Shown here piece after piece: positions 1-13,100 of a stretch of DNA of 64,000 nucleotides. Position numbers and translations under genes: made by a program. Source of the stretch: Lingula anatina (lineage: Eukaryota; Animalia; Brachiopoda); assembly GCA_051362555.1 (NCBI GenBank), contig CM120648.1:19588587-19652586 (forward strand), given 5' to 3'. Below the pieces are notes generated by a model, which saw only the letters and a list, made by a program, of their open reading frames with translations, ran no database searches and was not told the origin of the DNA. The first letter of the stretch is position 1; the number at the start of each line of letters is the position of its first letter.

Positions 1-1060
1 AAATGTTGGAAATAACCTACATTTTATGTCTTGAGCCCTTAATTGTAAAAATTATCAATATTTTGAAGACCTTTGCAAAACTATTTAATGATTTTTCCAG
101 ATAAAAGTGTTAATAAAATCATAATTAATCATCAAAACCTGCACTTCCTTTGGATTATGGTGTCTTGTGGGGTCAATTTGTTTTAAGAAATCACAAGTTT
201 GATAAGTAGGAGTCTTTTTAAGGTCCGCGTACCAAACACCTTGGAATAGCCTTAATGTCTTAAGCAAAAAGTGCCTTATATTAATAGACTATGGAACATA
301 GCCCCCGCCAAGGGACCATCCTTAATATAACTGAGCAAGACCCATGCTTATAAATAACAAATATTTAACATGTAAGTGGGGCTGTCAGGGCAAATTTTAT
401 TCTAATACATGTTCTTAATGTTTATTTGCTAAGTTTTCATTCCTTTAATTTCTTTTCAACCCTAAATGTGAGGTAAACACCATAGTTTATTATTAGTTTT
501 TTGCTAACCTATACATATACTATACTATACTAGTATACATATACTATACTATACATATACTATACTATAATGTTAATGAAATGTGCATTGTAAAAAACTG
601 TTTTGCTTAAACAAAAGCTGTAAATTTTAATTTGGATGTTGCTTTTGTTTGGTTTACCATTAAAATTAGTTTTTGGAGCTTTTTTTGGTCCTGACGGCAC
701 TGTTGTGGCTAAATTGCATATATAACCAGAGACGAGATTACTCCACTGCGGATTTCCAGATTTTAAAATTCATTTCTGATTGTTCCTGTGAGTTTGGTCC
801 TACAAAATATGAACCATGGCTCATCTCTGCTGACAGGGATTTTTCTATTTTTGGTGTATTTCTTCTTTATTTGTGAATGTGATTTTCAAAATTAGTTGCT
901 TTCTTTTGTGAAATGATATAAAGGGGTAAAAGGCATAATAATAAATAATAAACATAAGCTAAGATGGGAATATAGTCCATTTAACATTGATTGAGGGGCA
1001 TGTCTCTATTTGACACATTGTATGATATATGTATAATAATTTAACACTATCTATTTTTAG

Positions 1061-4000
1061 ATGATAGAAACACACTAAGCAAGTACATGGACAATTATAT
1101 TGAGACAGGATCCTCAACCACACCCACAAGAGGCAGGGAAGGCGGCAAGAGCCATAGGACAGTAAAGAAAAATGCCAAGTACATTAGTGTTCAATCAGAT
1201 GAGGAAGAAGACACCATGACAAGAAAGGTAAAACATTTTGCATTTACTGTTATAATTGAGGTATTAGATAACTATTTGTTTAATGTTTAAATTTGCCATG
1301 TAATTCAAAATATGATTTTTTTTTTCAATGGAGCTTTAGAATCTGTAATTTTTAATGAATGATGTACATGGTGACAGACTACATTTTAATATTCCGGTAT
1401 AGGCTCAATGTTGACATATTACTATTAGATGCATTTGTCATTTCTGATGTCCACAATATTTTTAAGACTTCATGTTACATACTTAATGCATGTAGATGTC
1501 ACATGGCAGATCCTGATCCAGCCCAGTTACACATATGTATGTGAATGTCTTTTAATAAACATTTCTACACATTTTAGCAGCCTCCGCCAAAGAAAAGGCG
1601 CATTTTGGACTCTTCTTTGGCAGCAATAAAGGAAAAGTTGAAGGGAAAATTGGCAGATAAATTTGAGGTATGAAGTGCACCTACAAAAACGAACATGAAA
1701 TGGGTGTTACTGTTTTTTTTTTATAAATTTCCAAATGAGCTCACAGCGTTTATGGTTTGGGTTGAAATTGTTCTTAATATAAGTTATTTTAAAAACAATT
1801 TTTTGCCAACCTTTACAAAATATTTATGATGTGTATGTTGGGGGGAATTTGACAGTTTTGTTCTAGCAGAAGTTTTCAATTCCAATGCAATATTTGAAAT
1901 TGAGTATTTAGGTCAACCAAGTGCTATTTACAATTTACACGAGGTGCACACATTTTTTATGTGCTGGCCTTTCTGACCTGAACATTACTAGAAATGTGTT
2001 ACCATGGTAAAATTTATGATTTTGCATTATCAAATTTTTGCTTAGGTCGAAGTTGGGGAAGATGATGACATGTACAAGGAGGAGGAAAACACGTACCAGG
2101 TATGTATGCATTGCTATATGTGAAGCAAGTGGTTATTAACAGTATGGCTGCACTGTATTGATATCACACAGTCTTAATGCTATTAAAATTGATCTTTATA
2201 ATTACATTTTGGTTTAATTTTTATCCTCTGTAATTGTTACATGTGATCTTTTTATTGGTTTCCACTTCCTTTTTTTTTTAGTTAAAGGTCATCAGTGTTA
2301 TTGTTATTTTATATTTATAAGGTGGAGCTGAAAAAACTGAGAGAAAGGAACCTCAAACTAGAAGAAGAGGTTTCAACTCTACGGAGTGTAATAGCTAACA
2401 TGAGAGGTGACTTTTTTTCCTGATCTGTGTGTACTTTTAACATATGAATTGTGACACCTTTTGTTTTGAAAAAGCACTTATGATGAAATCTTGAATCTAC
2501 ATTTAAAGCCATGGCAAGTTGCTTAAGAATATTTCTGCCTATCCAGTTTTGAAAAGACATTGTACCAAAGTGCTTTTTATCAATGAATCTATTTCTTCCT
2601 TTTATGATATCAAAAATTAAAATCATTTGTTAAGAAATGTGCTTTTTAATTACACAATTCATAGAATACTGCCTATGTGGATTATTTGAAATATATTTAT
2701 TCTTAACTTGTTATTAGCTTATTATTTAAATGACTCTGTGAAATGTCTACATAAAGATTGATTTTACTTATCAGGATTGGTATCAGTAGAAAAGCTCGTG
2801 AAAGATCTATCCACAACTGTGAGTAGGGTGCAGGCGTTTAGAAGGTCAGAGTCACCCACGCCATCACCCACTCCATCAACATCTGGCCAGTCCCATTTCT
2901 CAACACTATTTGGTCAAAAATCAAGAGTAAGACAAGAATCCTCCAGCTCGGGATCCTCTGACAATGAGGATGAACACATGGTAAATTTTGATTTCATCTA
3001 TATAAATAAATTTGTAGTGTACATATTACAGAAAATTCTTTCAATGAAAAGGCTGATAAGTCATGGCTTAGGTATGGTGAACAGTAGATAAAAAGAAAAT
3101 CTGAATCCTGTAATGCTTTCTCTGCCTTTTTACATTGGAGCTGAAATTTAAGAACTGTGCCCCTGCAAGGAAAATGCTGGTTGAGGCACATTCTTCTTTT
3201 CATTTACTGTTGAAAATATTTGAGCCATGGCTTAGCTGAGCTGCTGGCTATCTTGATGAGAACGTGGTCTAGGATTTGGCAAATTGCATTACCTTATTTT
3301 TGAAACAATTCATCAGTGGAATGGGCCTTTCTTACCTTTTTACTTCACAGACATAAATTCACATAAACTGTTCAAATTGATTAGTAAAATAGTAAAAATG
3401 CTTCCTGTATTTTATGGGGAATCAGTCTGTACATTTGACAGCTTTGCTGCCTTGTTTGTATTTAGAATTATTTTTGATAGAATTTTTTACATGTTAATTT
3501 GGTAGTTGAATATGTATCTATATTGTTGCTGCTGTTAATCCAGCCTACTTATCCATAAAGGTGTAAGTGATATATATTTTCTGTTGTCTTTGTAGGTGCT
3601 GCTTCACCCAGGATTAAAGATCAGAAGAGAGGAGAAGCAAGTGTTAGATTTAAATAGGGATCCTAGGAAATTTGTTTATGTTTTAATGGACATGATTTGG
3701 ACTAGAGAAGTCCTAGCAACCCATTCTCTGACTGGGAGGAGTTCCAATGCGCACAAAGAAAAAATGGTTAAGCCACAGCTTGACCAGACGAAGGTGGTGG
3801 CACTGTGTGGTAAGCATGATTATAAGTTATGGGTGATTTCTACAAAAGCTGACAAAACTTATTGTTTCAGAAATCCTAATGTTTCGATAATAATTTAGAT
3901 TGTGCAATAATAATGGGTTCCATTTGCATAAAATTCTAGCAGCCAGTATCACTTTTAAACATTACTTTAATCCCTCGTCTTTGATAAAATGCTGTTAATT

Positions 4001-4223
4001 GATAAAGGCAATGAATTGCTTGAAATAGAATTGGTGCAATTATTATTTATCTGATTTGAAAAATTTTCCTCCTTATTTTGCATTTTTGTAGACAGAAAAC
4101 TGAACTTCACATTGTTTTTTTTTTTTTTCAGAATACGTCTGCAGACGGTTTAACATGTCATCTACAGAAGTAAAGAAAGCAATCACTGCGAAGCTAAACA
4201 ATGTTCAAAAGACTTATGTTTAA
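1061..4223 (+). CDS. Multi-exon BEN-domain protein (basic NLS + coiled coil + C-terminal BEN domain); 5' end not defined in the window
   Basis: Phase-compatible GT-AG exons at 1061-1227, ~1581-1667 (PPPKKRR), 2046-2099, 2322-2406 (VELKKLRERNLKLEEEVSTLRSVIANM, coiled coil), 2775-2980, 3596-3809 and 4132-4223. The last two give FVYVLMDMIWTREVLATHSLTGRSSNAHKEKMVKPQLDQTKVVALCEYVCRRFNMSSTEVKKAITAKLNN, a typical BEN pattern. TAA at 4221-4223; AATAAA near 4450. Confidence 0.85.
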
Positions 4224-4435
4224 AATTCTTGGTACATAACTCAAGGGATGAACTACTACCCTAAATCAGAATTATATGTTGTATGTTGAAGATGTACATA
4301 CATCTACAGAAGTAAAGAAAGCAATTACTGCGAAACTAAACAATCTACAAAAGACTTATGTTTAAAATTATTGGTACATAACTCAAGGGATGAACTACTG
4401 CCCTAAATCAGAATTATATATTGAAGATGTACATA
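4158..4435 (+). repeat. Tandem duplication (~142 bp unit) of the end of the last BEN exon plus 3' UTR
   Basis: catctacagaagtaaagaaagcaat...gaagatgtacata occurs twice, at about 4158 and 4301, with a few substitutions. Confidence 0.9.
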
Positions 4436-4560
4436 CTTTGTACTTATTGAATAAAAGATATAAACATGATACTCTCTTTTGTTTTGAAGGACCAGAGCTA
4501 CCAATTTTGCCACTTACTTAACAATATATAAAGAGCTGTAAAAATATTTTTAGCAGTTAA

Positions 4561-4930
4561 TAAGATTTCCTATAAAATTTCCTATAAGATTTCCTATAGG
4601 ATCCTATAGGATTTCCTATAGGATCCTATAGGATTTCCTATAAGATTTCCTATAGGATCCTATAAGATTTCCTATAGGATCCTATAAGATTTTCTATAGG
4701 ATCCTATAAGATTTCCTATAGGATCCTATAAGATTTCCTATAGGATCCTATAGGATTTCCTATAGGATCCTATAAGATTTCCTATAGGATCCTATAGGAT
4801 TTCCTATAGGATCCTATAGGAAAAAGGGACAATTTCCTATAGGATCCTATAGGATTTCCTATAGGATCCTATAAGATTTCCTATAGGATTTCCTATAGGA
4901 TCCTATAAGATTTCCTATAGGAAATCTGTG
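4561..4930. repeat. Array of palindromic TCCTATAGGA / TTTCCTATAGGAAA units; probable subterminal repeat and right terminus (…CTGTG) of a CACTA/EnSpm-like element
   Basis: About 370 bp of gatttcctata(a/g) and ggatcctata(a/g) units ending gatttcctataggaaatctgtg (reverse complement CACAGATTTCC…). It abuts a truncated HINE 5' hairpin. Confidence 0.65.
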
Positions 4931-7637
4931 TCTGTACATATAGCCATCCTCTGCGTCTGTCGTCGCCGTCGGCGCCGTCGGCGCCGTCGTCGCCGTCGTG
5001 CACTTTTACCGATAACACGATAAGTGGAACACCGTTTTTACTTTTGGCTTGAAACTTACAGAACTGATGAATATTCATAATACGCAGGTCAAGTTCGAAA
5101 ATCAGCATGATCTGGTCACTTATAGGGAATTTAGGCTGTTTTTATGTACAGACACAGTCTGTACATATAGCCATCATCTGCGTCTGTCGTCGCCGTCGTC
5201 GCTGTCGTCGCCGTCGTCGCCGTCACCGTGCACTTTTACCGATAACACGATAAGTGGAAAACCATTTTACCTTTTGACTTGAAACTTGCAGAACTGATGA
5301 ATATTCATAATACGCAGGTCAAGTTCGAAAATCAGCATGATCGGGTCACTTTTAGGGAATTTATGCTGTTTTTTCACTTTTTTCAGCATATATGCAGCAC
5401 CGATAACACGATAAGTGGAAAACCATTTTACCTTTTGACTTGAAACTTACAGAACTGATGAATATTCATAATACGCAGGTCAAGTTCGAAAATCAGCATG
5501 ATCGGGTTACTTTTAGGGAATTTATGCTGTTTTTTATGTACAGACACAGATGTGTCTGTACATATTGCCATCACCTGCGTCTGTCGTCGCCGTCGCCATC
5601 GCCGATCATGTCGCCGTCGCCGTGCACTTTCAGCGTTAACACCATAAGTGGAAGACTGTTTTACTTTTTGGCTTTATATTTACAGAGCTGACTAATATTC
5701 ATAAAACACAGGTCAAGTTCGAAAATCAGCATCATCGGGCCATTATTGTAGAATTTATGCTGTTTTTTCACTTTTTAGCATATATGCAACACTGTTAACA
5801 CATTTCAAAGAAAACCGATAGGCCTGTTGTCATGAAACTCACAGGAGTTATCAATCTTACTAAAATGCAGATCAAGTTCGAAAATCGGCATGATCGGGCC
5901 ACTATTTTAGTAGTTATGCTGTTTTTTTTCACTTTTCAGCATATGTGCAACACTGTTAACACATTTCAAGGAAAACCGATAGACCTGTTGTCATGAAACT
6001 CACAGGAGTAATCAATCTTACTAAAACGCAGGCCAAGTTCGAAAATCAGCATAATTGGGCCATTATTTTATAAGTTATGCTGTTTTTTCACATTTCCTCA
6101 GATTCAATTCTTAGGCATGTTAACAGTCTCATTATTTAACTAATAAGATTAGTAAAAGTGTTTGTTTGACATTTCCTGCATCTTTACAACATTGTTTGTT
6201 GATTATGTAAAAATGATGGTAAACTTGTTATCATGTATTGTATAATAGAGTATCAAAAATGGAAATAAACTCAGATTCATTCATTCATTCATTCATTCAC
6301 TATGTTCAGAAACTCAGAATGGAGGAAATTGGACATTAAACACTGTTCTATTGATATTTTTCCCATCTCATCAATTTTCTTAGTTGATCATATATAAATG
6401 GCAGTAAATTGTTAATTTTGTTATATGTTAAAAAATTGTTAAAAATGGCAAAAAAAAAAAAACACATTTCAGGACAGTGCTGTCTTGTCTACATTTTGGC
6501 ATTTTCAAGGTGTGACTTTGAAGTTCCTTGGGCCTGAAGACCTTTGCTAGGAACATTTTCTGAATATCCATGATAGTAATATTTTATTATTAAAAATTGA
6601 TGGTAATTATCCTGTTAAACATTATGTAATATTGCATCAAAATTTGAAGACACCCCTATTTTGGACACTGCTCCCATGATGACCATTTAAGGAAAACCAT
6701 GTCACTTACTGTTCTCAAACTTACAGGAAGAAACATGGGACTTAAATAAAGCTTCAGTGGGCAATGCAGTCTATTTGGTAAATTTTTTTGACAGTTAATC
6801 AGTTTTTTGTGAAAATTTAATTTTTCACATATTGGCATTTTCAAGGTGTGACTTAAGAATCTCCACCGGCTTGAAGACCCATGCTAGTCACATTTTCTGA
6901 AAATCCATGATACGGATCTTTTATTATTAAAAACTGATGGTCATTATGCTGTTAAGCATTATGTAATATTGCATTAAAATAGAAGAAAACACAATTTTGG
7001 GTGCTGCTGCCATGATGACCATTATGGGAAAACCATGTTACTTATGATTGTCAATCTTTAAAAAAAAAAAAAAAGGACTAAAATGCAGGCTGAGTTAGAA
7101 AAGCAGTCTAATTGGCTTCTTTTTCTGGAAGTTATACATTTTAGTGAAATATTCATTTTTATCATGTTGGCATATTCATTGTGGGATTCGAAGCTCCCAT
7201 GGACATGAAGCCAAATGGTAATCAAATTTTCTACATGTCCATGCTATTTATAGTCAATAATCAAAAATTGGTGATAATTATTCTGTAATTTAATATGTAA
7301 TGTTACATCAAAATTGACAAAAATCTTTTTGCACTGCTACTACAAACATTATGAAAAGAAAACTGTTACTTATTATTATTTTCAACTTACAAGTATGATT
7401 TGTAGGATTGGCATGCAGTTCAAATAAGAAAGCCAGCTCAAATGGGTTATCATTTATTATTGAATTTAAGCAGTTTTATGTGAAATTTTCATTTTTCTCA
7501 TTCTGGCATTTTCAAAGTGTGAACTTAAACTCCCATGGGCCTGAAGCATTATGCTTGTTACACATTTCACTTACATTGGTATTACCTGTTGAGCATAATT
7601 AAAATTTGATGTTGAATGTGAAGTTAAGCATAATGTA

Positions 7638-10106
7638 CCGTATAGCTAAAAAAAAACACGACTATTGGTACGCGTATGATCGATAACTGATTTAATTCTC
7701 GTAAGATTACCATCCGCCCCCTTCCTTATGAATAGGTATTACTTTATTAATACAATGCAACCGTCGTGTAGCCGCATGTTAGAAGACAATGTTTGATTAC
7801 GCACAGCAGTAGGAGGCCGCTACCCCTTCCCAGCAAGGAGTCAACACAGCAGCGCGTAACCCGGGGTTAATTAGGGGTTATTAGCTGTCCACTTATGATC
7901 GGTATTGTTCGTCTTGATTGCAGCCCACTTCCTACTCACTATTGGTTCGACCGCCTCTTCTTTAAATGCTCTCTCAAACCTTTCCTCAGTCAGCCGAGAA
8001 TGGAAACACGTTTATCTGCCGATAAACTACGTCGTTGATGTATTATTCGGCATCATTCTACAGTGGGTCATAAGGCTCTTTCTATCATTTTTTTCGTCTC
8101 GCATTTTACCAGATTAAGCTGACGCTCGAAAACTAAATTTAATGAATAATTTTCTCACGTGCACCGTATCCAGCTAATTTTACGACAATAACTACCACGG
8201 CACCTCCGCCATTTGCAATTGTAGACGAACCACGTGTTTCCAACTGATAGGCCAATACAACTATACCAGACCCATTGTACGAGAAAAGACCGTTTATATT
8301 TAATGAATTAAAAAACATTTGAGGATTGCGATTTTCTATTGATATACTATCGATGGTATCCCTGTATTAAATCATCCACTGCTACCCCCTCTTTTGTAGT
8401 GTAGCATGACTCGTATCACAAGATGGCCTTAGAAATGAAGTAAGACAGGCCTACACTCTGATAGTTTTTAGTCTATTATTAACCCTAATGTCGTTGCTTG
8501 TCATTCATTCTAGAACTCTCTGAGCCATCGCAAAATTATTTGCCAGGACATTTAAAGGCTACTTCTTCACGGATTTTTTTTTATTTGCACTGAGTCCAAA
8601 ATGTTCGAGGACGTCTCTGTCGTTATCGCCGTTTCTCGGACGCAGTCCCAGACAAAGGATCGGAAAGTTTCTAAATAAAAGAACTTATAAATGCTGCCAC
8701 TAGCCATCCTTATTGTTCCTAAGTAAAGAGAGGCGATAATGATCTTTTCTTTCTTCTAGCTTAGTCTGTCGACTAAAATGAACAAGGTTAGGCCTACAAT
8801 GCAACCACCTATTATTACGACCATTAATGAGGTTCTTTGCTACACTCCCTTTCTTCATGATCGCGAAACCAGTGGGGTGCTGTGTTTTAAATATATAAAA
8901 AAGGGTCTCGCGAGGTGAAGCTATAATAATGAAATAAAAAAATCCAATGATTAGGCCTATCTAATAAACCATGAAGCACGTAGTCTAGGCCTCTTCTTTG
9001 ACCGACATCACATTTTTACATTCTTTGTTTTAATAAGAGGACGAACGTGGTCTAATTTGTCTTTTGGTGGCGTGTGATTTTGCTCGAAGTAGCGGAGTCA
9101 AGTAAATTTAATAAACATTTAATAAACCACGAAGCACGATATTTGGAAGGCCGCTCTTTTGTTGTTTATATCAAAGGAAAACTATTTGATACCCATCGTA
9201 TCAATCATTATACCATGATAAGAGATTAGCATACTAATTTATGTCCCCAGTAATAATAACTTTAACAATAACAACAAACCTTCCTACTGTGCTTTCCGTT
9301 GCAAAAACAATTAGCCACGACTGTTTTATATATTAATAGATATTTATAATAATGACAATTTCAAAATCTTCAAAAGTACCGACAGGGACACGAACTCCCG
9401 TCGGGTAGGTTACAGTCGACTCAACGACGTTAACCGTTGTTCCACCAATTCTATTGTTCACGCGCACAGGTATCGACAGCTCTGTATTGCCGCGCATGCC
9501 GAAGCTTTGCGGAAATTGCCGAAGGCTAGGAAAATTCTTCAAAATATACTTTTATTACATTTAATCAAATCCAGACTATCTCCTACTGCCCTGAGGTATG
9601 GCTAAAGGCTTTCAGTTGTCATCAGACTTTGTAATTTGGGAGAAAAAAGTGAAACAGTAACTTCTGGTGATGAATAATAGGTAATAGTGCTGCAAGGTGT
9701 TGTTTTTATCCCTGATGTACGAGTAGCTTTTTCTACAGTTTCTTTAATTCTCTTAACGTATGAAAATATGCAGGTTTTCTGATATAATAAGACTTTGATA
9801 AAATCAAAACCAATAATACTTTTAAAGTCGAGAGTCGGGATAAATATCGACAAGGTGGAGATATGTCCCGCCGGCGCTTCCGCAACAGCAAGACTGAAGG
9901 ACGCAAGTTACAAAGCAAAACATGTTTAGTCAAGTTAAAGACTTAATTACCGGTTTAACTTCGGCGGCAGTGCCTACTGCTGTGAGCAACATGCGCTGTC
10001 CATCGTAATCCCCCTATCATTAACACTGTCAGGGACGTGCGCAATAGCGCGTCTGATGTAGACAGCGTGTGCTATTAAAGTGACCGGGGACTTATTAGCT
10101 ATAGTG
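7638..10106 (+). mobile_element. Non-autonomous TA-flanked TIR element (Tc1/mariner-like), copy A, internally deleted
   Basis: TA|CCGTATAGCTAA…TTAGCTATAGTG|TA interrupts the HINE motif cataatgTActtttgcatcag, which is intact at ~13581 and ~47791. Subterminal inverted CACAGCAGTAGG at ~7802 and ~9974. No long ORF. Confidence 0.8.
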
Positions 10107-13100
10107 TACTTTTGCATCAGAATTGACAGTAGCCCGTTTTGTTATTTCCTGCTTTTTGTCTGTACATTTGACAGCTTTGCTGCCTTGTTCACTTTTTTCA
10201 GCATGTATGCAGCACCGATAACACGATAAGTGGAAAACCATTTTACCTTTTGACTTGAAACTTACAGAACTGATGAATATTCATAATACGCAGGTCAAGT
10301 TCGAAAATCAGCATGATCGGGTCACTTTTAGGGAATTTATGCTGTTTTTTCACTTTTTTCAGCATATATGCAGCACCGATAACACGATAAGTGGAAAACC
10401 ATTTTACCTTTTGACTTGAAACTTACAGAACTGATGAATATTCATAATACACATGTCAAGTTCGAAAATCAGCATGATCGGGTCACTTTTAGGTAATTTA
10501 TGCTGTTTTTTCACTATTTTCAATATAAATGCAACTCTGATAACACAATATAAGAAAAACGGATTGGCCAATTGTAATTATACTCACAGGAGTGGTCAAT
10601 CTTACTAAAACGCAGGTTGAGTTCGAAAATAAGCATAATCGGGCCATTACTTAAGAAGTTATACTGTTTTTTCACATTTCCTCAGATTCAATTATTAGGC
10701 ATGTTAACAGTCTCATTATTTAACTAATAAGATGCCTAAAAGTGTTTGTTTGATATTTCCTGCATCTTTACAACATTGTTAGTTGATTATGTAAAAAACA
10801 TGGTAAACTTGTTATCATGTATTGTGTAATAAAGTGTCAAAAATGGAAATAAACTCATATCATTGCAGTTTGTCAGATTCAATCATCCACTATGTTCAGA
10901 ATCTCAGAATGGAGGAAATTGGACATTTAACACTGTTCTATTGATACTTTTCCCATCTCATCAATTTTCTTAGTTGGACATATAAAAATGGCAGTAAAAT
11001 GTTTATTTTGTTTTATGTTAAAAAAGTGTAAAAAATGGAAATAAACCCATTTCAGAACAGTGCTGTCTTGTTTACATTTTGGCATTATCAAGGCATGACT
11101 TTGAAGTTCCATGGGCCTGAAGACCTTTGCTAGTCACATTTTCTGAATATTTGTGATACAAATATTTTATAATTAAAAATTGATGGTCATTAAGCTGTTA
11201 AACATTATGTAATATTGCATCAAAATTTGAAGAAACCCCCATTTTGGGCACTGCTTCCATGATGACCATTTAAGGAAAATCATGTCACTTACTGTTTTCA
11301 AACTTACAGGATAGAAACATGGGACTAAAATACAGCTTCAGTAGGCAATGCAGTCTGTTTGGGTTTTTTTTTTTTTTTTTTTTTTTTTTTGGCAGTTAAA
11401 CAGTTTTTTGTGAAAATTTAATTTTTCACATATTGGCATTTTCAAGGTGTGACTTTAAAGTTCCATGATCTTGAAGACTTTTGCTTGTCACATTTTCTTA
11501 ATGTCCATGTTACTAATATTTTATTAATAACATTTGATTGTCATTATGCTGTTAAACATTATGTTATGTTGCATCAAAATTTGAAGAAACCCCTATTTTG
11601 GGCTCTGCTCCTATGATGACCATTTAAGGAAAATCATGTCACTTACTGTTCTCAAACTTACAGGAAAGAAACATGGGTCTAACATACAGCTTCAATAGGC
11701 AACGCAGTCTGTTTGGTAAATTTTTCTGGCAATTTAACAGTTTTTTGTGAAAATTTAATTTTTCACTTATTTGCATCTTTATTTTCTGTTCCTTGTCTGT
11801 ACATTTGACAGCTTTGCTGCCTTGTTTCACTTTTTTCAGCATATATGCAGCACCGATAACACGATAAGTGGAAAATCATTTTACCTTTTGGCTTGAAACT
11901 TACAGAACTGATGAATATTCATAATACGCAGGTCAAGTTCGAAAATCAGCATGATCGGGTCACTTATAGGGAATTTATGCTGTTTTTTCACTTTTTTCAG
12001 CATAAATGAAGCACCGATAACATGATAACTGGAAAACTGTTTTACTTTTTGGCTTGAAACTTACAGAACTGATGAATATTCATGATACGCAGGTCAAGTT
12101 CGAAAATCGGCATGATTGGGTCATTTTTTAGTGAATTTAGGCTATTTTTTATGTACAGACACAGATGTGTCTGTACATATTGCCATCACCTGCGTCTGTC
12201 GTCGCCGATGGCGATGGCGATGGCGATGCCGATGCTGATGCCGATGCCGATGCCGGCGCCGTGCACTTTCCTTGTAAACACGATAAGTGGAGGGCAGTTT
12301 TACTTTTTGGCTTTATATTTACAGAGCTGATGAATATTCATAAAACGCAGGTCAAGTTCGAAAATCAGTATGATCGGGCCATTATTGTAGAAGTTATGCT
12401 GTTTTTTCACTTTTCAGCATATTTTTCACATTTCCTCAGATTCAATTCTTAGGCATGTTAACAGCCTCATTATTAAACTAATAAGATACATAAAAGTGTT
12501 TGTTTGACATTTCCTGCATCTTTACAACATTGTTAGTTGATTTTGTAAAAAAGATGGTAAACTTGTTATCATGTATTGTGTAATAAAGTTTCAAAAATAG
12601 AAAAAAACTCATATCATTGCAGTTTGTCAGATTCAATCATTCACTATGTTCAGAATCTCAGAATGGAAGAAATTGGACATTTAACACTGCTCTGTTGATA
12701 TTTTTCCCATCTCATCAATTTTCTTAGTTGATCATATAAAAATGGCAATAAACTGTTAATTTTGTTTTGTGTTAAAAATTGTTAAAAATGGAAAAAAAAA
12801 ACATTTCAGAACAGTGCTGTCTTGTTTACATTTTGGCATTTTCAAGTTGACTTTGAAGTTCCATGGGCCTGAAGACCTTTGCTAGTCACATTTTCTGAAC
12901 ATCCATCATACTAATATTTTATTATTAAAAATTGATGGTCATTATGCTGTTAAACATTATGTAATATTGCATCAAAATTTGAAAAAAAACCTATTTTGGG
13001 CACTGTTCCCATGATGACCATTTAAGAAAAACCATGTCAATTACTGTTCTTAAACAGTACAGTAAATATATATAGATGTGTCTGTACATATTGACATCAC

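Noticed and set aside
60-255. Inverted similarity to 48160-48330 suggesting a giant 48-kb element
   Set aside because: Diverged copies of an old repeat whose termini (near 250 and 48160) face the wrong way to enclose the region.
9333-9933. ORFs conserved with 22027-22628
   Set aside because: Conservation reflects recent duplication of the element; no transposase or other recognisable motif.
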